A DNA stretch of 64,000 nt. Origin: Verrucomicrobiota bacterium. Its GTDB lineage: Bacteria; Verrucomicrobiota; Verrucomicrobiia; Opitutales; UBA953. Under the pieces are notes generated by a model that ran no database searches, was not told the DNA's origin, and saw only the letters and a program-made list of their open reading frames with translations. Numbering within the stretch: the first letter of the stretch is position 1; each line of letters starts with the position of its first letter. The DNA is taken from assembly GCA_014193315.1 (NCBI GenBank), contig BJHS01000008.1, positions 19,001-83,000 of the forward strand. Reading direction: 5' to 3'. Positions 20,422 through 29,512 of the stretch are shown here, piece by piece. A program made the translations under genes and the position numbers.

Positions 20422-20915
20422 GCCGCGCGGTGAGCCAGGCCTCCTTCGGGGGCGCGCTCGCCGCTTTGGTGCTCACCGCTTGCGGCACCCCGTCGACGGG
20501 CATCGCCTACGTCAACGAGCGTTACCGCACCGAGGCGGACGTCGCCCGTGCCTCCGAGGCTTTCTACGCCAATGAACATCACGGCGATGATGTCGTCTTC
20601 CGCACGCAGGAGAAGTCGCGCGAAGGTTATTATTTCTATCTCCAACTGGTAGAGGCGCCGCCGGCGGATGGCCGACTCATCCTTGAGGTGGTGCGCACGG
20701 AGCATCTCGCCCCGGAGCGTTATGACTTTTCCCTCAAGCTATTGCCCAAGGGTTGGTTCGGGGAGTTGGTCCTCGGCTTGACTGGCAAGGATGGGGGTTC
20801 GCCGGATTGGCACCCGGTGGCTTGGCGGCTCTCCGTGACGGATGCCCAAGGCAAGGTCATCGCCACGAAGCAGAGTTTCCTCTGGGGGACTCGGCGCGAC
20901 CTCGGGCCGCGTTGA
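20418..20915 (+). CDS. Hypothetical lipoprotein
   Basis: Lipobox LVLTAC at residues ~18-23. No family recognised. Confidence 0.6.
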   Translation: MSRAVSQASFGGALAALVLTACGTPSTGIAYVNERYRTEADVARASEAFYANEHHGDDVVFRTQEKSREGYYFYLQLVEAPPADGRLILEVVRTEHLAPERYDFSLKLLPKGWFGELVLGLTGKDGGSPDWHPVAWRLSVTDAQGKVIATKQSFLWGTRRDLGPR

Positions 20916-20920
20916 CCGCG

Positions 20921-21853
20921 ATGGCCGCCGCCGGCTGGAGCGCATGGCAGCCGTTGCGCCTGACTCAGGATGTACCGGCGGCCACCTTGGCCGAGCAGCT
21001 CGACGGCGGGCAGGCTTTCCGCTGGCGCCAGGATGAAGCCGGAGTCTGGGCGGGCATCTTTGGCGCGACCGTCGCGGCGGTGCGGGTCGGTCCCGCTGGG
21101 CTCGAAGGCCGCGTGCGCGGTTCGTGGGTCGCCGGGTTCGCCGCCCTGCGCGCTTACCTTGATGCGGAAGGGGTGCAGGCCGGTTTGGCGGACGCGTTAC
21201 CGTGGCGATCGGATACGGTGCTCGCCGGGGCGATGCAGTGCTACCCTGGGCTGCGGATCCTGCGGCAGCCGCCGCGCGATGCCCTCATCGGCTTCCTGTG
21301 CAGTTCCAATAAGCGGATCCTGCAGATCCGCGAGATGGTCGCCCGACTGGCGACCGAGCTTGGCGAGGGGTTGGGCGAGGGTCAGCACGCCTTGCCGGAG
21401 TGGGCCGCCTTGGCGGCCGCGTCCGACGCGACTTTGCAGCGTTGCGCGCTCGGCTACCGCGCCGCATTTCTGCGCGGCACGGCCGAACGCTTGTGCGCCC
21501 GCCCGCGGTGGGAGGCGGAGTTCGCCGCGTTGTCCACGCCGGCGCTTTTGACGGAGTTACGCGCCTTGCCGGGGGTCGGGCCCAAGGTCGCGGCTTGCGT
21601 CGCCTTGTTCGGTTTCGGCCGATGGGAAAGTTTTCCGGTCGATACCTGGGTCGTGCAGGCGCTTGGCGGAGCCTATGGCCTCGTAGGCTGGCCGCCGGAC
21701 CGGCTGGAGGCTTTCGGCCGGATTCATTTTGGCGCCGCGGCTGGCCTGGCGCAGCAATTTCTTTTCTCGGCGGCGCGCGCCGGTCAGCTGGCCGTCGCCC
21801 CGCCGGCTATGCTGCCGGTCCGCCCCAGATCGCGCGGACGAGGTCGGCGTTGA
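20921..21853 (+). CDS. ogg: 8-oxoguanine DNA glycosylase / AP lyase (OGG1-type, HhH-GPD)
   Basis: LDGGQAFRW N-terminal motif. HhH-GPD LRALPGVGPKVAACVALFGFG followed by the FPVDTW aspartate. Confidence 0.75.
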   Translation: MAAAGWSAWQPLRLTQDVPAATLAEQLDGGQAFRWRQDEAGVWAGIFGATVAAVRVGPAGLEGRVRGSWVAGFAALRAYLDAEGVQAGLADALPWRSDTVLAGAMQCYPGLRILRQPPRDALIGFLCSSNKRILQIREMVARLATELGEGLGEGQHALPEWAALAAASDATLQRCALGYRAAFLRGTAERLCARPRWEAEFAALSTPALLTELRALPGVGPKVAACVALFGFGRWESFPVDTWVVQALGGAYGLVGWPPDRLEAFGRIHFGAAAGLAQQFLFSAARAGQLAVAPPAMLPVRPRSRGRGRR

Positions 21854-22508
21854 ACACCGTGGCCGGCGGGCCGTCGGCGATGACTCGGCCCTCCTCGAGC
21901 GCCAGCACGCGCGGGAAGGCGGTGGCCCAGTCGGCATCATGGGTCGCGACGAGCACGGTGGCACCCGCTTGCGCGAAGGCCCGCACGGCTTGGTGGACGA
22001 TCTCCTGCCTGCGGCGGTCCAGCGCGGCGGTCGGCTCGTCGAGCAAGAGCAACGCCCCGTAGGGCTCCGTCAACGTGGCGAAGCTCAGCGCGAGGTGGGC
22101 GGCCTTACGCTCCCCGCCGGACAAGGTCGCCAGCGGACGAGCGGCGAGGTCGGTCAAGGCGAGTCGCTCCGACCAGTGGAGCCACGCCGCGGGTTGCGCG
22201 GCAAGCTCGCCGAGTTCGGCGACGGTCGGGTTCCAGGCGCAGTCGGGGTGTTGCGGGGCATAGACCCGCCGGCGGGCGCTGTCCGCCGGCGAAGCCGTCC
22301 GCGGGTCCAGCCCGGTCGCCGAGAGTACCCCCGTGGTGGTCGGCAGGAGGCCGGCCACGGCCCGGAGGAGCGTGGTCTTGCCGGCGCCGTTCGCGCCCAC
22401 GAGGGCGACTTGCTCGCCCGGCCACATCGTCCCACCGACGCCATCGAGGAGCCGGCGCCCGGCGACTTCGAACGCGACTCGTTCGAGTCGGAGGGTGGCG
22501 TCATCCAT
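21807..22508 (-). CDS. ABC transporter ATP-binding protein (FecE/BtuD-like)
   Basis: Walker A GANGAGKT, signature LSGGERK, Walker B LLLDEPTAALD. The start overlaps the permease stop by 8 nt. Confidence 0.85.
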   Translation of the reverse strand: MDDATLRLERVAFEVAGRRLLDGVGGTMWPGEQVALVGANGAGKTTLLRAVAGLLPTTTGVLSATGLDPRTASPADSARRRVYAPQHPDCAWNPTVAELGELAAQPAAWLHWSERLALTDLAARPLATLSGGERKAAHLALSFATLTEPYGALLLLDEPTAALDRRRQEIVHQAVRAFAQAGATVLVATHDADWATAFPRVLALEEGRVIADGPPATVFNADLVRAIWGGPAA

Positions 22509-23445
22509 GGCTCCTCCTTGCGATCCAGATGAAGAGCGGGGCACCGAGCAACGCCATCACCGCGGCGGCGGAAAGCGGGGTGCCGGGGATGGCGGCCCGG
22601 CCGGCGGTATCGGCCAGCAGTAACAGCGTCGCACCCAGCAAGGCGGAGACCGGCAGCACCCAGCGGTGGCGGGGACCGAAGAGGGCGCGGGCGAGGTGCG
22701 GGGCCAGTAGGCCGACAAAGGCCATCTGGCCGACCAGGCAGGTCGCCGCGGCGGCCGCGAGCGCGGTGAGGAGGATCGCCCGTCGGCGCAGCCGACGCAG
22801 GTCGCAGCCAGCTGCCTGCGCGGCCTCTTCGCCTAGCGCGAGCAAGTCGAGCGGGCGGGCGAGCGTCCAGAGCAGGCCTCCGGCGATGAGGCAGAGTAAA
22901 GCCGGGCGGACGATGAGCTCCGGGGAGGCCATCCCGAGCCAGTCGCCGAAACTGCCGTTAAGGAGGAGTTCCCGGGATTCGGGCGCGAGGTTCGCGATCA
23001 GCAGTGTGCCGGCGGCGGCGAAGGCGTTAAGCCCGAGTCCGGTCAGGAGCAGGCGATGGGGCGGCCCGTCGCGGCCGATGACGACGAGCAGGCTCGACAC
23101 GCCGAGCGCGCCGCCGAACGCCGCGGCGGGCAGCGCCCAGGCATGTCCCCAGGCGAAGGCCGGTGCGAAGCCGAGCAGCAGCGCCAGCCCCAAGAGCGCG
23201 CCACCGAAGACTCCGGTCAGCCCGGGGTCGGCCAAGGGATTGCGGAACAGGCCTTGCTGGGTCGCCCCGCCGATGCCCAGGGCCCCGCCCGCGGCGAGCG
23301 CGGCGAGCACGCGCGGTAACCGCAGCCAAGCAAGGCCGCCGCCTTCGCCGAAACCTAGCCCGCTCGAGCCACAGGCGAGGGCGCCGGCGGACAGGAGGAG
23401 CAGCAGCGCGAGGCCGCCAACGAGCGCGCCTCGACCCAGTCTCAT
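22501..23445 (-). CDS. FecCD-family (type II importer) ABC permease
   Basis: 314 aa, ~9-10 TM. RNPLADPGLTGV motif typical of FecCD/BtuC. ATGA overlap with the upstream 1203-aa gene. Confidence 0.85.
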   Translation of the reverse strand: MRLGRGALVGGLALLLLLSAGALACGSSGLGFGEGGGLAWLRLPRVLAALAAGGALGIGGATQQGLFRNPLADPGLTGVFGGALLGLALLLGFAPAFAWGHAWALPAAAFGGALGVSSLLVVIGRDGPPHRLLLTGLGLNAFAAAGTLLIANLAPESRELLLNGSFGDWLGMASPELIVRPALLCLIAGGLLWTLARPLDLLALGEEAAQAAGCDLRRLRRRAILLTALAAAAATCLVGQMAFVGLLAPHLARALFGPRHRWVLPVSALLGATLLLLADTAGRAAIPGTPLSAAAVMALLGAPLFIWIARRSHG

Positions 23446-26400
23446 CGACCGAGTTCCTTGAGTAAGCCTTCCAGCGGGTTGCGCTTCGGTGCGACCGGGT
23501 TCGTCGGCGCCGCCTGGTTGCCTTGGGTCGGGTTGCCCGGCTGGTAGCTGGCGCCCGACTTGAAGCGATCCACCGCCCCCTGCAGTTTCTCCATGACGTC
23601 GGATTGGATGCTATTCAGGGAGCCCTTGATCTGGAACGCCGGGCCGGCCGTCAGGCCGTCGGGCTCCGGTAGGCCGGAGCCGAAGCCCAGGAGGTTGAAG
23701 TAGTTCGCGAAATCCCCGCTCCCGCGGAGTTTGGCGTCGAACAGCATCGGCCAGTCGGCGAACGCGACGCCATCGCGCAGCTGGATACCGCCGGTGGCGG
23801 CGAGGCTGAGGGACTCGTTGCGCAGTTCGAAGTTCGTCAGCTTCAACGTCCCGGTCGCCAGGCGCGACGCCTTGAGCTCGAGGTGGTCGAACCGGAAATC
23901 GGCGAGGGCTTTCTGCAGCTTCGCGACGGCCGACACGGCGGCGCCGATCTTCGCGATTTTCTCGCCCTGTTGCTGGTTCTTGTTGAGGGCGCCCGCCAGG
24001 ATGGCGAGGCCACCGAGCGCCTCGCCGGCTTCGCTGAACTTACCCGCGGTCAAGGCGGCGCCCCCGTTCTTGTCGCCGAAGGAACGGAGCCGTCCCCCGG
24101 TGGATTTCAGTTCCGCGTCGACCGTCACCACGCCGGCCAGCTCGCCGGCGGTGCCGGCGATGCCAGTGATGCGGGCCTTGGTCGCGGCCCGGCCTTGGAT
24201 GAACTCCTTCGAGAATTGATGGATCGCGGGAATCGTCTCGGCGATGGCGCCGAGCTCGAAGTTATTGAGGATGACCGTGCCATCGAGCACGTAGGGCCCG
24301 CCGACCGTCCCGGGTTTGAACTCAAGCTTGGCCCCGCCGGCTAACACGCCTTGCGCAAAGGTCCCGCCGACCTTGGTGACGCGTACCGACTGGTCGTCGG
24401 CCACGGCCTGGAGGAGAAAGTCCTGCACGCTGAGTCCCTTGAAGCTGGCCTGGGCGATGCGCAGTTCCGCGGTGCCCGTCTGGTTGAACCAGAAAGGCTT
24501 CTGGTCCGGCTTGGGCTTCGGCGGTACGACCTTCTCCTCCCCCGGGCGCGGCAGCAGGCCGAGGACGTCGTCGCCGTCGATGTTGTCGAACTGCACCTTG
24601 CCTTGCCAGTCGGTGCGCGTGCCGGTGATGCGTTGGGTGAGCGTGAACTGGCCGCTGGTGAGGTTGGCGCAACGCAGTCGGATCCGCCCTTCGGCGGATA
24701 AGCCCGCGCCTTCCGGCACATACTTGCCGCGGACCTCGGCGGCTTTGATCTGACCATCGCTGTTCGTCGTCGTCACTTCGGTGACGTCAAGGCTCACGGT
24801 GATGCTGCCGTCGGTCGCGCGCGTCGCGGCGGCCGTGTAGTCGCCCGTGGCGATCACGCTGAGCGGGCCGGCGAACGGCTGTTGGGCGAGGGCACCGAGG
24901 CTCCCGGTGAGTTTCAAAGTCGTCGGGGCTTCGCCCAGGCCAAGGGAAAGGTCGCCGCTTGCGAGCACGCGGTCTTTGTGGGTGAAGCGCGCTTGGCGGA
25001 AACCGAGCACGGTCGACTTCTCCCCGACGAGCAGGTCGAGGCTGGCGGCGAGGTCACATTCCTTGACCCACGGCTTGCCTGCCCAGCTCACGCTGGTCCC
25101 CACGAAGGCAAGCGGCGCGCCCTCGGTGCGCACGAAGAGTCCTTGGGTCTGAAACCCGAGGACCAGGTCGGCGCGTTCGAGCGTGCCCGCCAACTTGAGG
25201 CCAGGGACGAGCGCGGCGACCGACTCCAGCGGCAGGTTGGCCGCCGATGCTTCGAGGAGGACGCCGGTGGGCTTGGCGCCACCGAGGGCGAGCGCCTGCC
25301 GGAGCTTGAGCTTGAGTAGGTCCGCCCCGCCGCGGGAAATCTTCGCCGTCGTCGTGTTGAGGGTCGGTCGTCCGCCGGCCGCCTGCGACAGGGTGGCCTG
25401 GGCGTCGACGCGGATCCCGGCGAGTTTGTCGCGCGGTAGGTCTTCCCAGCCCGGTTGCGCCGCCAACTCCGCGATGCCCAGATTGACATCGGCCGTGGCG
25501 GACCAAGCGCCCTCGGCGCCCGGGCGGAAGACGAGTTCGCCGGAGGCGAGCGTGCCGGCTTCGGTGCTGATTTTAAACGGCGCGAGGCGGAGGGCGCCGT
25601 TCAAGGCCTGCAAAGGGATGTCGGCGTCGATGGCCTGCAGCAGGACCTGCCCGGCGCGTTCGACATTCAGCCCGCGGATCGCGTGCGTCTTGACGGTGTC
25701 GATCGAAGGTTCGCCCTTGGTCAAGGCGATGGTGGCCTCACCCGTCCAGCGGCCGGAGGTGATCGCCAGGTCGGCGCCGGCGAGGAAGGGCGCGAGCGTG
25801 ACGAGGTTGGCGTCGTTGGCCTTCAGGCGCAGGGCGACATCCTGCGGGAGCTTGCCTTGCGGAATCAGAATCGGTTGTTCGCTGGTGAGCTCGATGCCGT
25901 TGCCTTGGATGCGAAGTGAACTCAGCGCCAAGCTATCGGCGCGCTGTTCGATGCCGAACGCGAGCGTCCACGTCGACGCGGTGTCCTTGGGGATCGCCTT
26001 GGAGAAGCGGGAGAGGTCGGCCCAGCTCGCTTGCAGCGGTTGGTCTGGCCAGGAGTTGGCGCGCCAGGTGCCTGGGGCGGTGGCGAGCTCGGCGTAGATG
26101 CGGCCTTTCACCCGGCAGTCCGGCAACGTCCGCGCGAGGATGCCGAATTTCGTCGGGTCGATATCGAGGTTGGCGCCGAAGGCAACCGTGCCGGCGGCCA
26201 CGGCGATATCCAGTCGCGCGGCGGGGCGAAGCCCGGCGTCGTTCACCACGCCTTGCAGGAGGAGCCCCTCGGTCGCGGTCGATTTAAACTGCCCGCCGAA
26301 ATCGAGTTCCCGGAGCGCGCCCTGGCGAGCCTTGAGCTCGAGGCTCATGCTCCCGACAGCCAAGGGACTGGTATCCTTGGCGGTCACCGTCAAGGTCGCC

Positions 26401-27053
26401 TCCGCCAAGGCCACGGCGAGGGCCGCAGGATCGAGCCCCTTCCCCCCGAAGGTCTCGCGGAAGGTCGCGTTGAGCACGATGTCGGCCTGCGGTTTCGTTT
26501 GATTAGTCCCGAGCGCGAAGCCTGGCCAAGCCACGCCGGCGCGGAGGTCGACCTTGCCCGCCGTATCCAGCCCGTCGCCGGCGACGCTGAAGCGGAGCAA
26601 GGTGCCGTCGGCGAGGGTGACGCGTCCTGCCGCCGAGTAAGGCCCGAGGACCAAATGAGGCAGGAGGGTCTTCGCCGCCGGGGTCGCCGGGGTGACCGCC
26701 GGCAAGACCTTGCGATGGCTCAGGTCGAGTTCGAGACCCTTGGCCTCTAACTTGTCCAGGGTATAGGTGCCGAGGAGGCTCGCGATCACGCCGAGATCCC
26801 CGGTGAGGCTCGCCGCCTTGAATTGAAGGCCGTCGGGTAAGGTGAGGTCGATGCCTTCAGCGGTGAAGCGTCCATCCAGTTCCGCCTCGATCTTGGCGAT
26901 ACCTCCCTGGATCTTGGCGTCCGTGAGCAACGCCTTCACGCGGGCTCCCAACGGTTCCGCGCGTAATTGGCTATCGACCCAGAACAGGCCGATGCCGAGG
27001 ACCAGGGCGAGGGTACCGACGGACCAAAGGGCAAAGCGAAGGGCGCGGGGCAT
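23442..27053 (-). CDS. AsmA-like / TamB-like large envelope protein
   Basis: 1203 aa with a single N-terminal TM helix (FALWSVGTLALVLGIGLFWV). The rest is long, low-hydrophobicity, beta-rich repetitive sequence in the style of AsmA-family proteins. Not HMM-verified. Confidence 0.6.
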   Translation of the reverse strand: MPRALRFALWSVGTLALVLGIGLFWVDSQLRAEPLGARVKALLTDAKIQGGIAKIEAELDGRFTAEGIDLTLPDGLQFKAASLTGDLGVIASLLGTYTLDKLEAKGLELDLSHRKVLPAVTPATPAAKTLLPHLVLGPYSAAGRVTLADGTLLRFSVAGDGLDTAGKVDLRAGVAWPGFALGTNQTKPQADIVLNATFRETFGGKGLDPAALAVALAEATLTVTAKDTSPLAVGSMSLELKARQGALRELDFGGQFKSTATEGLLLQGVVNDAGLRPAARLDIAVAAGTVAFGANLDIDPTKFGILARTLPDCRVKGRIYAELATAPGTWRANSWPDQPLQASWADLSRFSKAIPKDTASTWTLAFGIEQRADSLALSSLRIQGNGIELTSEQPILIPQGKLPQDVALRLKANDANLVTLAPFLAGADLAITSGRWTGEATIALTKGEPSIDTVKTHAIRGLNVERAGQVLLQAIDADIPLQALNGALRLAPFKISTEAGTLASGELVFRPGAEGAWSATADVNLGIAELAAQPGWEDLPRDKLAGIRVDAQATLSQAAGGRPTLNTTTAKISRGGADLLKLKLRQALALGGAKPTGVLLEASAANLPLESVAALVPGLKLAGTLERADLVLGFQTQGLFVRTEGAPLAFVGTSVSWAGKPWVKECDLAASLDLLVGEKSTVLGFRQARFTHKDRVLASGDLSLGLGEAPTTLKLTGSLGALAQQPFAGPLSVIATGDYTAAATRATDGSITVSLDVTEVTTTNSDGQIKAAEVRGKYVPEGAGLSAEGRIRLRCANLTSGQFTLTQRITGTRTDWQGKVQFDNIDGDDVLGLLPRPGEEKVVPPKPKPDQKPFWFNQTGTAELRIAQASFKGLSVQDFLLQAVADDQSVRVTKVGGTFAQGVLAGGAKLEFKPGTVGGPYVLDGTVILNNFELGAIAETIPAIHQFSKEFIQGRAATKARITGIAGTAGELAGVVTVDAELKSTGGRLRSFGDKNGGAALTAGKFSEAGEALGGLAILAGALNKNQQQGEKIAKIGAAVSAVAKLQKALADFRFDHLELKASRLATGTLKLTNFELRNESLSLAATGGIQLRDGVAFADWPMLFDAKLRGSGDFANYFNLLGFGSGLPEPDGLTAGPAFQIKGSLNSIQSDVMEKLQGAVDRFKSGASYQPGNPTQGNQAAPTNPVAPKRNPLEGLLKELGR

Positions 27054-27094
27054 GGGACTTGCCCCCAGTTTGGCCCGCTGGTTTTGGCGGGCAA

Positions 27095-27125
27095 CAAAAA
27101 GCCCGATGGAATCGCTTCCACCGGG
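27095..27125 (-). terminator. Rho-independent terminator after the VWA gene
   Basis: On the minus strand a 10-bp stem (one G.U) CCCGGTGGAA / TTCCATCGGG with a 4-nt loop, followed by CTTTTTG. Confidence 0.55.
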
Positions 27126-27151
27126 CAGGTTTATTCCTCGTTAGCTAGCCC

Positions 27152-28564
27152 TTAGGGCTGGGCCGGGTTGGCGCCGTTGCCAGGGGTGGCGGGCGGAGGG
27201 GTCGGGGACTGGCGACGGATGCTCTGGCCCGCGGCCGCCTTCTTGCGAAGGAAGATCGCCCGGTCCTCGGCCATTTCCTCTGCACTGGTCTCGCTGAAGG
27301 CCGCCAGGCTCACCGACTTCGCGCCCCGGGTCATGCTGTTGCGGCCATAGCGCAGCTCTTTCATCGTCATCGCCACATCCTCCTCGAGTAGGCGTTGCAG
27401 GTAGGCCACCTTCTTCTGCACCCACTCCGAGAGGTCGGGTCGGGCCGCGAGAGCGGCCAGGTTTTCCTTCGCGTCCTTGATCAGGTGGGAGCGGGCCATC
27501 TCCTCGATTTGCTCGAGTTTCTCGGCGATGATGGCTTCCGTCACCGCGGCGGCGACATGCGGTTCCGGCGGGAGGACGGAGAAGGCTGCGAGGTCGAGCT
27601 CCGGCAGGGCGAGGATGGCCGGCCCAAAGCTCACCTGCTCACCTTCTTTGGTCTTCGCATCGAAGTTCACGGCGAGGAGGGAATCGGCGCGGGCCGCCGG
27701 GCCGATCTTGAGTTCGACCACGCACACGAGCGAGGACGCCCAAGGCAGGGTGCCGAGCCGGCGGCTGGTCGCGCGGCCTTCCTCGAGGAAGTCGCCGAGT
27801 AGACGGGCTTGGACGTCGCTGCCGCCCTGGATGGATACGAACACTTGACGCAAGTAGGCGTTGGAGAGGATGGCGAACTGCTCCTCGAAGGCCTCATCCA
27901 GGTCGTCGGCGGTCTGGCCGAAGTTGGCGGCGCCTTCGCCGGCCCGAGCCATGCCGGTCATCAGTGTCTCGTTGAAGCCGTCGCCGAGGCCCACGGTGGA
28001 GGTGGTGATACCCGCGGCCGCGGCCTTCGAGACCTGTTCGTAAATCTCGGTTTCATTCGTCAGGCCGTGATTGGCTTGCCCGTCGCTCAGGAGGATGACG
28101 CGGGCGATACGTTCCTTGCTGACCTGCCCTTTTAGCTGCAGCATGCCGGCCTCCCAGCCGCCGAACAACGCCGTCGAACCACCCGAGCGCACGGCCTTGA
28201 CGCGCTGGACGAGACCCGCCCGGTCGGTCGGGTAGGCGAGGGGGTGCAACACGTCGATGTTCGTGTCGAACGTGACGAGGGCGATGCGGTCGTCGTCGCG
28301 CAGGCCGCCGATGATGCGGCTCGCGGATTCGAGGGCGGCCTGCAACGGCGCCCCGCTCATCGACCCCGAGCGGTCGATCACCAGGACAAGGTCAAGCGGG
28401 GCACGCAACGCGGCGGAGTGGGTGGAGGGCTGAGCCGGGGCGATCAGTCGTACGAGCGCATGAATCGGTTCGGCGGCGGCGCGGAGGAAGCCCTTCTTGA
28501 GGGCGAGGATTTCGATGGTGGGTTGGATCATGGGTGGGAGAGATCTACTTTGCACACCCGCCAT
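27152..28564 (-). CDS. von Willebrand factor type A (VWA) domain protein, cytoplasmic
   Basis: MIDAS DRSGSMSG ... GGSTAL ... LLSDGQAN. No signal peptide or TM. Alternative ATG at 28531. Confidence 0.8.
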   Translation of the reverse strand: MAGVQSRSLPPMIQPTIEILALKKGFLRAAAEPIHALVRLIAPAQPSTHSAALRAPLDLVLVIDRSGSMSGAPLQAALESASRIIGGLRDDDRIALVTFDTNIDVLHPLAYPTDRAGLVQRVKAVRSGGSTALFGGWEAGMLQLKGQVSKERIARVILLSDGQANHGLTNETEIYEQVSKAAAAGITTSTVGLGDGFNETLMTGMARAGEGAANFGQTADDLDEAFEEQFAILSNAYLRQVFVSIQGGSDVQARLLGDFLEEGRATSRRLGTLPWASSLVCVVELKIGPAARADSLLAVNFDAKTKEGEQVSFGPAILALPELDLAAFSVLPPEPHVAAAVTEAIIAEKLEQIEEMARSHLIKDAKENLAALAARPDLSEWVQKKVAYLQRLLEEDVAMTMKELRYGRNSMTRGAKSVSLAAFSETSAEEMAEDRAIFLRKKAAAGQSIRRQSPTPPPATPGNGANPAQP

Positions 28565-28567
28565 AAA

Positions 28568-28585
28568 CTGTCAACACCAAGACAG
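28568..28585 (-). promoter_or_regulatory. Dyad CTGTC-N8-GACAG in the AT-rich spacer upstream of the VWA gene
   Basis: The plus strand reads CTGTCAACACCAAGACAG, and the minus strand contains TTGACA. The heptamer ACTGTCA recurs at 28616-28622. Confidence 0.3.
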
Positions 28586-28627
28586 AACCTTTATTTTCAT
28601 TAACACCTTTTAATTACTGTCACAAAA

Positions 28628-29434
28628 TCACATATAACTATCTTCTAACGAGTTACGGAAATTATCGACTATTTCGCTGATTTCCTCTCGGGAGGGTTTG
28701 GCTCGTCCGTCGATGTGAATCAAGACCTCGCACCAGGGGGCTAACCGTATCTTGGACCACCGCTCCCGCTTGGGGGCTTCCCCAGGATCGGAGGGGTGGA
28801 ATGCCAGTAGTTGGCGGTAGAGGCCCCTGACCTCTGGGCTGAGGTCTTCCCGTTGGCTTTCGCGCATCACCATCTTGCGGAAAATCAGGCCCGGCGAGCG
28901 CGAATCCGAGATGTCACGTAGTTGATGGATGGTCTCGCTGGAGAAGCGTCCGGGCCGGGGGATGCCTTGGCTGGGTAGGCGGGCCGCCTCGGAATCGACG
29001 CCCCGGGAGCGGACCTCCCGTCGGGAATATGCCAAGGGTTCCTGCAGGGAGCCGGCGAGGTGCGGCCGGGAGGAGCGGCTTTCCAGTTCGGAGGCCCGGG
29101 CATGTTCGTCGATCAGCTCATCGAGTTGGGGCAGCGTGGCGTGGCGGCGCAGCATGCCACGGATGGTCTCGAGGTCGTTACCACGTTCCGAAAGGATGCG
29201 GGCCACCAACAACTGGCGGACCTGCTTGTCGCCGAAGTTGGCCCGGCGTTTGTCGTCCTCGGCGCGCTCCGGCTTGTCGATCAGACCTTCGAAGGCGTAG
29301 AAGCGGACGAGCCGCTCGTTGGCCTGGAAGCGGGGCCCGAACCCGAAGGAGGCGAGCTTGCCGGAGACATAGGCCGCGAGTTCCTCGGCGGTGCCGACGA
29401 ACGGGCCGTCTAACATGGCGGAAAACTTCATCAC
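28628..29434 (-). CDS. Hypothetical protein with MerR-like N-terminal helix-turn-helix
   Basis: RLVRFYAFEGLIDKPERAEDDKRRANFGDKQVRQLLVARILSERGNDLETIRGML follows the MerR HTH-wing pattern. The C-terminal 170 aa are unrecognised. The last ~25 codons are AT-rich. Confidence 0.45.
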   Translation of the reverse strand: MMKFSAMLDGPFVGTAEELAAYVSGKLASFGFGPRFQANERLVRFYAFEGLIDKPERAEDDKRRANFGDKQVRQLLVARILSERGNDLETIRGMLRRHATLPQLDELIDEHARASELESRSSRPHLAGSLQEPLAYSRREVRSRGVDSEAARLPSQGIPRPGRFSSETIHQLRDISDSRSPGLIFRKMVMRESQREDLSPEVRGLYRQLLAFHPSDPGEAPKRERWSKIRLAPWCEVLIHIDGRAKPSREEISEIVDNFRNSLEDSYM

Positions 29435-29512
29435 AGAACTGTTGTAGACAGCACAATGTCACCATCCGTCGAAAAATCAACCGGAAAGGAAGGTCGGGGG
29501 AAGGAGTCCACC

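Noticed and set aside
29481-29510. CCGGAAAGGAAGGTCGGGGGAAGGAG as a possible SRP (4.5S) RNA domain IV.
   Set aside because: It lacks the conserved GGUCCGGAAGGAAGCAGC core and the flanking helix. The region is more simply the promoter/leader of the MerR-like gene.
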